Shown here one piece after another: positions 37,237 to 48,767 of a stretch of 64,000 bases of DNA. How positions within the stretch are numbered: the stretch's first letter is position 1; each line of letters begins with the position of its first letter. Source of the stretch: Vitrella brassicaformis CCMP3155 (lineage: Eukaryota; Protista; Chromerida). The translations under genes were made by a program, and so were the position numbers. The DNA is taken from assembly GCA_001179505.1 (NCBI GenBank), contig CDMY01000394.1, positions 24,465-88,464 of the forward strand. The letters are read 5' to 3'. Below the pieces are notes generated by a model that saw only the letters and a list, made by a program, of their open reading frames with translations, did no database searches and was not told where the DNA came from.

Positions 37237-39246
37237 TCATCCACTTTTCTTCTCATAGATGACGAAATGTGAATCCAGCACCACCTCCCCACGCACCCCC
37301 TCTGTCCAGAAGCTGTCGAAATGCCTTATGGTCTCTGTGTAGCCATGCGTTCGCAGCCACTCCCCCACACGCCCCTGAGCAAAGCTGCCCCTCAGCAGCA
37401 CATCCCACACCACAAAATGGGTAATCGGCAGCTGAGGCACTGCTGCTACTGTCCCGCTCGATGTGTGTGGAAACCGCCCAGCCAGACACTCAGCCCACTC
37501 TGACCTTCCCTCACACGTTGCTACGGCGCCGTGGTGCGCATCTGTTGTCATATTCATGGCGCCATTGACGATGTGCTCGAGGGTCTCAATGGGGTGGGTG
37601 TAGAAGGTATCTCTCCAGTTGGCAGGGAGGCACTGTGGGTCGACGCGCGACGAGCAGTCGAGTAGGTGCATGGCGATGTCGGGCCGATGGACGAATGAGT
37701 TGAAGGGTGTGGCGTGGCAGGGCGTGAGGAACAACACCGACGGCCGGGGGGAGGGCGGCAGAGAGCGGATGTATCCCATGACCTTCTCGGCGCCCTGCAT
37801 AACATGACAGCACACGAATAAATAAAACAAACAGCACATGAGATAGATAAGCCGTGTTTGTTATTGTGTCTGTCCGTTTGATTAGTTAGTCACCTGTTGG
37901 TGGACGAACGAGAAGAAGGCCGCGGCAATGATCTGGACCGCAAAGATCACTGAGAGAGCCACACGCACCACCACCTTTCGCCACGATCGCCCTCGCATGA
38001 CGGTCTGCGCCACATGGGAAGTGTTCTTGTTTTCTTTGCCGTTGGCCTGAGAGCCCCTCTGCCGCTGCCTGATGGATGTTGCATCGCCCCCACCAGCGAC
38101 GGCCCTTGTGCCAGCGACGGCCCTTGTGGCAATATCAGTATCTCCCGACGCCGCCACAGTAGCATCAGCACGTGACCCTGGCTCCTCTGCCCATTCCTCC
38201 AGCCGCACCATGCTGATTGCTGACCACATGTAGAGGTACGGCAGGTAAGGCATCAGGAAGCGAAACTCCTTGTGAGATGCTGTCGACAATGCGCCGATGC
38301 TCAGCAATACACCCAACACGATGTCCCTCGAGAAGGACGATGCTCCTTCGGCAGTAACGGCAAGCCAGGCGCCCACGATGCAGAGCGGATAGTAGGTCAG
38401 CAGCACCGCCCCTAGCCCATCAGCGAGATACCAGTAGGGTGGATGCGTGCCATAGAATCGGCCTCCATCCAGCTGCACATTGAAGCGCCAGAAGTTGAGC
38501 ATTGGGAAGGTCAGTCGCCCGTATAGCCTCGAGTCAACATAGACCGACACACAGAGTCCACACACGCCCACCAGCAGCCCCTGGCCTATGAACACAGCGA
38601 GGTCAGCAAAAGACCGCCACTTATCCCTCTTGTCTGTAACCATTTGGCTCCCCAGTCGCAGGGCGTGCGCACCATAAATGACCACCCACATGACGGCTGC
38701 CGTCGGCCGAATCACCACAGCCACAGCCGCACACAACAGACTCCCCAACAACGACACCTGTTTCCTCATGCCAGCGGTGGCATTGGCCGCCCTCAGCCAC
38801 ATGTGCATAGCAGCCGTCATCAGAAAGACCTCCAGACAGTTTGAGAACGGCCGGGGGCCGCAGAAGAAATCAAACCACCCCAGAGCACAGCACCAGAAGC
38901 ACCAATCGCCGACTCTCCGACCAAACAGCTGTTCACAAATCCCCACAGTGAGGCAGTTGGTGACAGCGGCGAGGGCGCCCTGCATGAGTCTTGGTGAGTA
39001 AGCCACGATAAAGGGAGTGTCCAATTGCAGCAGCTTGAGTGCGGCGAAGAGCATGCTGATGAGCAGCGGGTGCAGATGGGATCTGAGTGCGATGCACGGC
39101 TCCCACTCCCATGTGGTGTAGCCGTAGCCGAATGTGAGGCGATGGGCGACCTCAGGGCCCTGCCAGTGCTCATCGGGGTTGAAGGACGTGCGCAGAACCA
39201 ACGCATTCACCACCCGTAGCGCCAGAAAGAATGGCAAGGATTGCAT
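37237..39246 (-). CDS. PIGB: GPI mannosyltransferase 3 (PIG-B/GPI10), 2 exons
   Basis: LRTSFNPDEHWQGPEVAH..GYGYTTWEW..LRSHLHP, RPFSNCLE, AVVIRPTAAV, FYGTHPPYWY, HKEFRFLMP, FLTPCHATPFNSFVH. Confidence 0.95.
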
Positions 39247-39409
39247 CAATCGGATCTACGCAAGATCAGCATCGCATCGCTACATCCCATCGCATGCGAT
39301 GCTTGAGCCGTGCAGGCCGCTAGGGTGCTGCCTGAAACCGATCGCTTCTGCGCCGAGAGAGAAGGGAGTGGATCGTTGGGGGGTACTGCTGCCATAATTG
39401 ATCTGCCCA

Positions 39410-42400
39410 ATGGCATCTGAGTTTGCCCAGATCCGCGCCTCCGAACAGTACAGGCTGCTGCTGCAGTGGATAGCCTTCTCATTGAATGAGCCCGTGGAGT
39501 CACCCAACTTCCAGCAGACCGTCAAATTCGCATACCAGAACCTCAGCAACCACCAATATCCGGTGTGTCAGCAACCGGCATTCATCAATCGTGGCAGAAA
39601 TGGCTGGCCTGTGCATCCATCTGTGTGTGCGTCTGTGCTTGCCGTGTGGTTGTTTGTATGCAGGACACCGATGCGAACGCTGTGGAGCGGGAGTTGGCAG
39701 GGTCAGCGGATGAACTTGCTTGAAGTGAATCTCTCCATCTCTGCGTGTGTGGTGCATGCGGTGTGTTGTGTTGTGGCATGGCATGCAGGGTTCTCACGAA
39801 GCTGCGGCATCATGCTCAGGTGTGTTAGCGATGGATGGATGGATGGATGGAGCCACAAGAGGTGAAGAAAGGTTGGATGGATGGATGTGTACGTGTGTGC
39901 AGGACGCCAAGGCAGACCGGCTGGAGCAGCTCTACGGCGAGCTCGCCAAGAGCAACGTCCTCTCGACGGCCACGCGGGACATCCACCAGTCGGTGCTGCG
40001 ACTGCTGCTGTGTCTGTCCAACCGACCTCTCGACTCGTCCCTACACTTCACGCCGCAATCCATTCAGCTGGTGAGTGACAGACAGACAGATACACACGCA
40101 CACACGGAATACACTCATCATACCATGCCTCTGCCGAAGCTTCCATCCTTTGTCTGTCAGCCCGACCCCCTTGCAGACGCCGAGAGGGCGGCGTCAGCTG
40201 AGATGAGGGCCTTCCTTAGACGCGAGCAGGACGGCTGGCGCGACGAGTGGGAGGGGGCGGGGGAGGGGGCGGGGAGTGAGGAGGAAGACGGCACCGACAG
40301 CAGTAGTAGTGGTGGTAGCGTTGAAGGTGCTGAGGGCGACGAGGCGGCCAAGAAGGAGCCTGTGAGTGTTGGTGTGGATGACGGTTGTCGTGTGGTGGAG
40401 GTGACGTCCACTGTGGCGCCCGTAGTCAGTAGAAGAAAACCATACCCTGATGGGGTGAGTGAGGACAGACAGGAAAGACATACATATTCATTCACTCATC
40501 ATTGGTGCCTTCTTCTTACTTACCCACCTCAGAGCGACCTGGCCGACATCTACAGGGAGGCCTTCCCCGAGCCCCCCGAGTCAGCCCTCTCCCCATCACC
40601 CCTCGCGCCCCTTTCGTGCCGATCATCCCTCACCACATGGCCGGCACTCCCACCCCTCCCATCCACGGCAGCCACTAGTCGATGGGCCGGCACTCTCACC
40701 GCTCCGGAAGCATGGGTCGTGCGGCAGACGCTCTTCATGCTGGGCGGCACGCAATGCGACCTCTACTACCCCAAAGGCGAGGTAGCGAGATGGGCCAGGC
40801 GCAAGTGGCGGAAGGGCGTCTTGGTGTGGGAGTCGAGGCCACTGCAGGTGCAGCGCTACTCCCCAACGGCACTCAAGGGCATGCTCGAGCCGCTGCTGGC
40901 TGGCGGCACGGCAGTCACGCTGCTCAAGGCCCTGCTCGGCCGATTGGCCGGTCGGGGCCTGAGGCGGGCCGTCCCGTCTTCGCTGATGGGCGCGTACCGT
41001 GACCGTGACGATGACGGTGAGGACTGTGACACGGCCGCCATGGCGGAGGGCATGTGGGGCTTGACCATCCAGGGGTGCCTGGACGGTGTGCGAGAGTGCG
41101 TCGACCAGTGGGATGGGCAGCTCACGCAGCTGCATCGACAGCTGACGGTCTCTCTGCAGGTGAGGTCAGAGAACACCAAAGGGGACCATTCTCATTTCCG
41201 TCTGCACGCCCGCACCCCTTGATGTATCCTTCCTCCCTCTTGTGCAGCGCGTGTTGCCGGAGCCACTGTCGCTGGGCGGGTCTGTGAGCCGGCGATCCAC
41301 CGAGGCAACGACCACTCATGCCACAGACGAGGAAGCGCCATCGCAGCAACAGACTGCCGGCCCCCTTCCCCCATTGCCGCCCACACGCACCCCACCCCCT
41401 CTGCCCAGCCTGCTGCACCTCACTGATGCCGTCCAGCGACAGCTGAAACTGATGATAGCGGTGGCGACCTTTGCTGAGGACCTGATCGTCGAGACGCACG
41501 CCATTTATGGGAGGGGAGAGGGGTGCAGCAGTGTCACTGGCTGGGCGCTGAACCGGCTGACGGATGAGGGGCATAGAGCGCAGCTGCAGGGCGATGGCGA
41601 GGCTGAACGCATGTGGAAACACATCCTCGACTCTGCGGTAAGGCCTGCAGAGGAGAGGAGAGGAGAGAGGGATCGCATACATAGATGTGTATCCCATGCC
41701 ATGCCTGGTGTTGCACGGCACGCACAGGGTCGGGTCTACTGGCGGTTGCTGCACTCGTGGGTCAAGACCGGCACCCTCCTCGACCCCTGCGGCGACCTGC
41801 CCTTCTTCATCCACACCACACCCACACCCACACCCACACCCACCCCCGCCCCCACGTCCCCCGACACCCACCACCCTAGCTCAGAAGTCCGAATGCGTGA
41901 CCCACTGCCCCTCCTGCCCACAGCATTTGCCCATCTTCTGCCCAAGTGCATCAGGGCCGGCACAGCGCGCCACCAGCAGATGAGCTGGACTGGCCAGTGC
42001 GGATCATGGGCTGCTGTTGAGAGTGGAGATGGTGCTGCTGTTTGGGATGATGATGGTGCGGCGGAGGTGGTGGTTCGTGAGGATGGTGCGGCGCAGGACG
42101 AGATGCGTGAGTTTGTGTTGCGCCAGGGGAGGCTGCTCGAGTACTTGGCCATCGTCAGGGCTCTCGCATTCTGCCAGGTGCCTACCTACACACATAGAGA
42201 GATTGCGCCACACCACACACGAATGCAATGCATCAACGACGGGTGCTGTCTGTGTTGTGCTATCTAGATAGCTGATGGTCTGGTGGGCCCCCTGATCGAG
42301 GCCCAGATCCAGGGTGGGCCCCACCCCCACCCTTCATCCTCCCTACAGGCATTCCAGCTGCTGGTCCACCACCACCTGCGGACACCTGCAGACGACCCCA

Positions 42401-43771
42401 CCAGCCCGGCACACACACTGGTGTCATTCTGCGCCCAGGCGAGGGAGGGCAGCGCCCTCACTGCCGCCAGCTTTGCTGGGGCGCTGAGGAATGTGTCGGT
42501 GGTGGGGCAGGAGGGAGGTCGGGAGATGGCGGGGAAGGGGGTGGCGGACATACTCGGCGGAGTCAAGGTACGTTGTTGGGGCTGCGATCATCTCATGCAT
42601 GTTATGAGATCGGTGTGTATGTGTATGTGTATGTGTATGTGTGCGCAGCTTCATGTGAGCGTGTCGCATCCGATCGACCTCATCCTGACACCCCAAGCAC
42701 TGCATTGGTATGCACCACCGGAGCTGACGGAGAGCTGCATGCCGTACGTCTGTATGGTTGTCTGTCCGTTTGCAGTTATTCGCAAATATGGCAGCGGTGC
42801 CTGCTAATGGAGAGCGGCCGCTACCTACTCGGCCACTCCCTATTCGCCCTGCCCATCCTCACCCCTCAGCAACGAACAACCAACACCACAACAGCACACC
42901 ACCCCTCCCTGTCCCCTCCCACACCCACACCCACATTCGTGTGGCAGACAGACGGCGCCCATTCGGCCAGCATCGAGGGAGACGAGATCGTCGGCCGCGC
43001 CACCCGGCTGCAGCAGGACGCGCAGCGGCTGCGTGTGGAGCTGCTGCACATCATCGGCTGCCTGTTGCGTCACGTCGTCAACCAGTCGGTGTTCAGCCCA
43101 CACACATGGGGCGCGCTGCACCAGGCCGTCGTCGAGGCGGGATCGCTGCGGACCACGGCCGAGTGCCACCGAGGGCATCTGGACGGTCTGATGGAGAACG
43201 CCCTTCTCGTACCCGAGAGCCAGCCGATCAAGCACCTGGTGGCCGCGCCATTTGAGCTCTACGGCAGCCTGGCGCAGGCGTGTCGGAGCATCGATGAGGC
43301 ACTGACCGACCACATTGGCCAGCAAGGCGACCATGAGGCGATGAGGGAGGAGAGGCAGATCTTCGCGGGCATTTTGGCGGGGCACGAGCAGAGGGAGGGT
43401 CGGGAGGGCCGGGAGGGCGTAGACGACGCTGCGAGGGGCAGCATGCAGAGCGGGGGGTCCTCTCCCAGAGTGGCGCCACCGTGCAGCAGGGAGATGCGGG
43501 ACGTGCGCATCCTGGCGGCACTCAAACTGGCGGACACCACACTTAGAGGTCAGTCAGTGCCAATGGATGGACACACCAACAGCTGTTATCCACGCTATGT
43601 ATGTCTTTGTATGTTGCTGCTGCGTCTGCAGATTTGCGGCGCGAGATGGGAGAGGATCTGCACGTGTTGATGGCCGGCGGCTCGCCAGAGGTGGCTGAGC
43701 TGCTGGATGCGCTCGACTTCAACGGATTCTACTCCCAGAAGCAGCGACGGGCGACCTATGTAGCTATATGA
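39410..43771 (+). CDS. TUBGCP5: Gamma-tubulin complex component, GCP5-like
   Basis: N-terminal ESPNFQQTVKFAYQNLSNHQY and DIHQSVLRLLLCLSNRP resemble human GCP5 as recalled (ADPNFQLALNFAWSNFRFHRF; DAHYSILSLLLCLSDSP). Also VVRQTLFMLGG and the GCP C-terminal motif ELLDALDFNGFY. Stop TGA at 43769-43771. Confidence 0.8.
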
Positions 43772-44814
43772 CTGACTGTTGCAGGTGGAGTGTGTGTGGT
43801 AGGCACTCGTAGCAAGTACGTAGCTGGCAGAGCATGAGAGGGGACCGACAGACCATTAATGACGCCGAGAAACGGGTGTGGTGTGCAGCGAGGCGGGCGA
43901 CAAATACATAGATGGATGGACAGACATGTGCATGGCATGCAGCCAGCAGACAGGCGAGGAATGGCAAGCCAGGTAGATGGCATGTTCGTTGGTTCGTGTG
44001 AGAGGCTGGCTGCATGACGGACGGGCCTTGTGATCGAGATGACGTTTGGACGCATCGGTGGCAGCTTTTCAGCGACTTATTTAAGCAGGGTGTTGTGATG
44101 AGTCCTGAGCATCCATCAACCCAATGGTCGATTCGTCTTTCCCCCTCTGCCGCTTCCTCCCTCCCTCCCTCCCTGCGTCCACCCCATCCGGCGTAGTGAG
44201 CGAGGTGAGTGCACAAATGACTTGTCAGAAAGCACCGCACCCACCCACCCCCAACCGGCCAGTCAATCAGCGAGCGATAGGTATAGGTATAGGTAGATAC
44301 GCTATGCTATGCTATGTCTGTGCAGAACGGCCTCCCTCACACACATCCACACTCAACCGCGACAAGAAAAGAGCACTCATGCGCACCAGACCACACCCAC
44401 ATACGTGCAGCAGGGATTCCGTCAGGCAGGCAGGCAGGCAGGCATCAGACAGACAGACGGACAGCCTACCTACCTGCCTGCCTGCCTGCCTGCAGTGTTC
44501 GTATGCGCTGTCTCGTTCGCTGCGATTGCATTCATCACACTGACTGCATCCATGCGTGCGATGATTGACGTCCGTCAAGTGAGAATCAGACAGACAGACA
44601 GACAGCCAGAGCCAGAAACAAAGGCAGACAGGCCCATAAATCCTCCGGGCTGATTTGACTGTCACAACCACACACATCACATACGTCACACTCACGTCAC
44701 GAATTGAATGGGCATGGGATGGCATGGCATGGCATCCAGATGAAAGGATGAGTGAGTGAGTGGGTCAACGGTGCAGCCCCCTCGATCTCCTCTTACACCC
44801 CCATCCCCCCCCCC

Positions 44815-45114
44815 NNNNNNNNNNNNNNNNNNNNNNNNNNNNNNNNNNNNNNNNNNNNNNNNNNNNNNNNNNNNNNNNNNNNNNNNNNNNNNNNNNNNNN
44901 NNNNNNNNNNNNNNNNNNNNNNNNNNNNNNNNNNNNNNNNNNNNNNNNNNNNNNNNNNNNNNNNNNNNNNNNNNNNNNNNNNNNNNNNNNNNNNNNNNNN
45001 NNNNNNNNNNNNNNNNNNNNNNNNNNNNNNNNNNNNNNNNNNNNNNNNNNNNNNNNNNNNNNNNNNNNNNNNNNNNNNNNNNNNNNNNNNNNNNNNNNNN
45101 NNNNNNNNNNNNNN
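44815..45114. other. Assembly gap (300 N)
   Basis: N run flanked by poly-C on both sides. Confidence 0.99.
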
Positions 45115-46705
45115 TCCCCCCCCCCCCCTCTTTCCCGTGTGTTAATTCAGTCCCCCCGGGCCGTCTTGCTGAGGCCGCGATCGCACAGGGGACACACCTG
45201 CATGCCATGCCATGCCGAATACACTACATGCGACACACACATAGCACTCACTCACGTCACTCAGACATGACCCCGTCCCTCACCATCACCATCACCCACA
45301 CCCGCATACACGCACACGCCGACAGACAGACAGACAGTGGCGTGAGTGATAAGACATGCAAATGGACACCCGCGACACCCGCCGGGGCTCATGCGCCCTC
45401 ATCATTAGCCATCAAAACCAACTCTGATCTGATTGCGTCGATGTAATTACTGTCATGTTCTCCCCTCCTCCCATCCATCCATCCATCCAGCCACCCAGCC
45501 ACCCAGCCATGCGCGTGGGTGGGATATATGGGTGGCAAAAAAAGGCGCTGTCTGTTCGATCGAAGCAATCAGAGTTGGGATCCAATTAGTGCATGCGTGG
45601 TGAGCCGAGCCCCTACCCATCACATGGACGCAGTCAGTCAGTCAGTCAGTCACTTCAAATGACTGACATTCGCTCTTCTCTCAATCAACGTACGGACACA
45701 CACCGTGTGTCTCTCTCCTGTCTCTCGGTGCCCATAAAAATGCCTGCGCGGCGGCCGCGAGACGACTTAAAAACAGCAGCAGCCAGAGTAAGTGGGTGCA
45801 CAGAAAGAACTGGATGAGTGAATGAATCCATCCATCCATCCATGAATCAAAAGAAATAGATAGAGATCCCCAGCTCCCTCCCTCCCAACAGCGTGTAGTG
45901 TACGTGTGGACGTACGTACGTGTAGCTAGCCGTGTAGAGTGAATTCTTCCGCCCCCGTCGGTCGCTCTTGTCGTGTCGTGTACCGTCAGTCCACAGGGAG
46001 GGGCACACGACAAACAACGCACCTATCGAACCACTCACTGGTTGACCAGCCCTTTGGTCAACCCGCGTGGGGCTGATGTGATGCAAAACCCGTCCATACG
46101 CGATCATACACATACGGAGGGAAAAACGAGTTGGGCACACCGACCAGGGGAGTCACTCCAGCCCCGCGCAATCAATGCCATCTGTGCTGTGCCGTGCAGT
46201 CCTGGTGCGTTCGTTCAGTCAAAGCAGTCGGCCGCCCTTGATACATACAATACACTCGGTGTGGCATATAGGCAGCAGTCCTGATGGATGTCAGATCAGT
46301 GGAGAGCAGTGTGCAGCAAGGCAAGGCAAGGCAAGGCAAGCCATGGAAAAAAGAGCCAGCGAGTAGTGTGGGCGGGTGGGTGGGTGGGTGGGTGGAAGGT
46401 GGGTGGGGAGGGCAAGCCCTTCTTTCTTACTTAATTAGCAGCACGGACTGCCGGCCGCAGCTATTAGCTATGCTAGGGTATGATGCATCCGATCCAAATG
46501 AACCAACCAGATAAATCCCCCCATGTGTGTGTACTTGCGGGCGGGCAGACAGAGACAGACAGACAGACATGTGTGTACCTCTACCTCTAGGTAGGTGTAT
46601 CATCAGAGACCACCACTCGTCGACCGACCTGCAACGGATAGCCGACAGACACCAGGAGAAGCGGACACCAGATACAGATGCCGCCCATGACATGATTCTG
46701 ACTCG

Positions 46706-46794
46706 GGGATGTCGGGCCCGCTCCAGCCACCTAGCCCATTGCTGAGTCTCTATTGCAGCACTGAGCTCGGTGGCTGGAGCGGGATCGACATCCC
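46706..46794. other. 89-nt imperfect inverted repeat / long hairpin
   Basis: Arms 46706-46746 and 46754-46794 pair without bulges: 34 Watson-Crick pairs, 2 G-U, 5 single mismatches, including a perfect 15-bp core (46717-46731 with 46769-46783). Confidence 0.85.
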
Positions 46795-48767
46795 AAGTGA
46801 CGAACGAGGGCATGCAGCGCTAAGTCAGAAAGAGAGAGAGAGAGAGAGAGATGATACCGTTTGTTTGTCTGATCAGGCGAGATCTGATCAGCCCCCCCCG
46901 CCCCACCCACAGCCAGCTGAGGAAAAAGAAAACCTCAGACAGACATGTATGTGTTCGATGCATCAATCGACGAAACAAATGCACGTGATGCACAAATGGT
47001 GCGTGTGCGTATGTGCGTGCGAAAAACGCGAAAAGAAAACCCTTTGCGGACAGGCGGATGGGGTGGATGGGATGAGGTGTGTGCGTCTGTGTCAAAGAGG
47101 CAATTCTTTTTCTTTGGCAGAAGAGCCAACTACGGACAGAGAGGGACATACAGAAGCAAGCCGAGAGAGAGAGCTGAGCCGGGCTTGGCTGAGCACAGCC
47201 CACTTGTACGGCCGGCAGCGGATGAACAAAGCCACACACAGGTGTGAGCGAGCAAGCGATAGATAGATAGATAGGTAGAGGTAGATGAGCCGTCGGCCTG
47301 TCTGTCTGAGTGTGAGTGAGTGAGACCACATGCACAGCTATGGTACAAACATACTGACACACGCGACGCGTCCCTCCCCACCTGCGCTGCGCACACACGC
47401 AAAAACCACACCACATGAGTCAGACAGAGAGCGAGAGAGTCCTCACCACTGACAAACAGCTAGCCGATGAACTTCGTAGGTACCAGGATAGGAAAACCCG
47501 CCGCCGAGAGAGAGCCAGAGCCCATATGTCAACCCTCCTCCTCTCTGATGCAATCAATGCAGGTAGGCATGTATGTGATCTCTCTGTCCTCTCTGTCCGC
47601 CGGTCCGGTCGGTCAGCAAAAGTGCCCCTCGGCATCTGTGTGCTGACCACGCACGGCTAGCCAGAGAGAGAGCTGGGAAGCAGCAATAGTAATTGGTGGC
47701 GGTCACAAATACCCTCCCAGGCCAGCGCTGTATGTATGCATGCAGCCATCGATCCCCTGTGGACCGTGTGGCCAGCCAGCCCCTATACAACCAAGAGGGA
47801 AGAGATTCAGTATAGATTAGGCAAACAGACAGACAGACAGACAGGCAGGTCGGTCGGTCGGTCGGTCTGTCGCCCCCCCTCCCCCGACCATCCCTCTCCC
47901 TCCCCCCTCACTCCAACAACACGACAACACACATGAAACACACCAACACGTGTACGTACGTCTGTACGGGTGGATGGATGGATCGATAGATCAAGCAAAC
48001 AATCAATGAGTAATAATCGGCAAGGCAAAAAAGTGAGTGGGTGAGTGCAGAAACGACCTTCCGGCCGGCCAGCCAACCAGCAACGTCTCTCTGTGCTGCG
48101 TGCGCTATCGACATACACACATCGACAGACAGCGTGTGGGTGTGTATGTGTATGTGTATGTGTGTACGCGTGAAGACGACTATTGATTGATTGGTGTGAA
48201 TGAATGGAATGGGGGTGTGGTGTAGTGCGGCTGAGTGGAGTGGGTGGGTGAGAGCGGGAGTGAGACAGTGCGCACCATTAATTCGCAGAACCAGTCATAG
48301 AAATGGCCATCCCTCCCTCCCTCTCTCCCCCATCCATCCATCCATCCATCCAGGTACCCACCCATCGAATGACATAAAACTAGACGCGAGTCACTGATTA
48401 GGGCGCGCTGACGGCGAGTGTGCATTGCATAAGTCTGTCTATACGTGTGCATGTGAGCGTAAGTGCCTTGGGGGCTAATGCCTTCAGTTGCATTGCATGC
48501 AGGTGAAGGAGAGGCAATACGATACGGACGGGCGTCAACACCAAAACCCCAGGCAGCCAGCCAGCCAGCCAGGCAGGCAGGCAGGCATAAAAGCAACAGC
48601 CGACAGACAGACAGACAGGCAGACGTGCACCGACACGGCATGGAATGGCATGGAAGCGGTAACCCAAGTCGAGAAAACCATGCACGCATTCACGTAATGC
48701 ATCCCCCCCTCCCCCTCTCCCTGATCGACGCGAAATGCACGGGCATCATCCCCCCTCCCTCCCTCCC

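Noticed and set aside
46427-46813. 128-aa minus-strand ORF across the hairpin
   Set aside because: Weak codon bias, no motif, runs into microsatellite; better explained by the inverted repeat.
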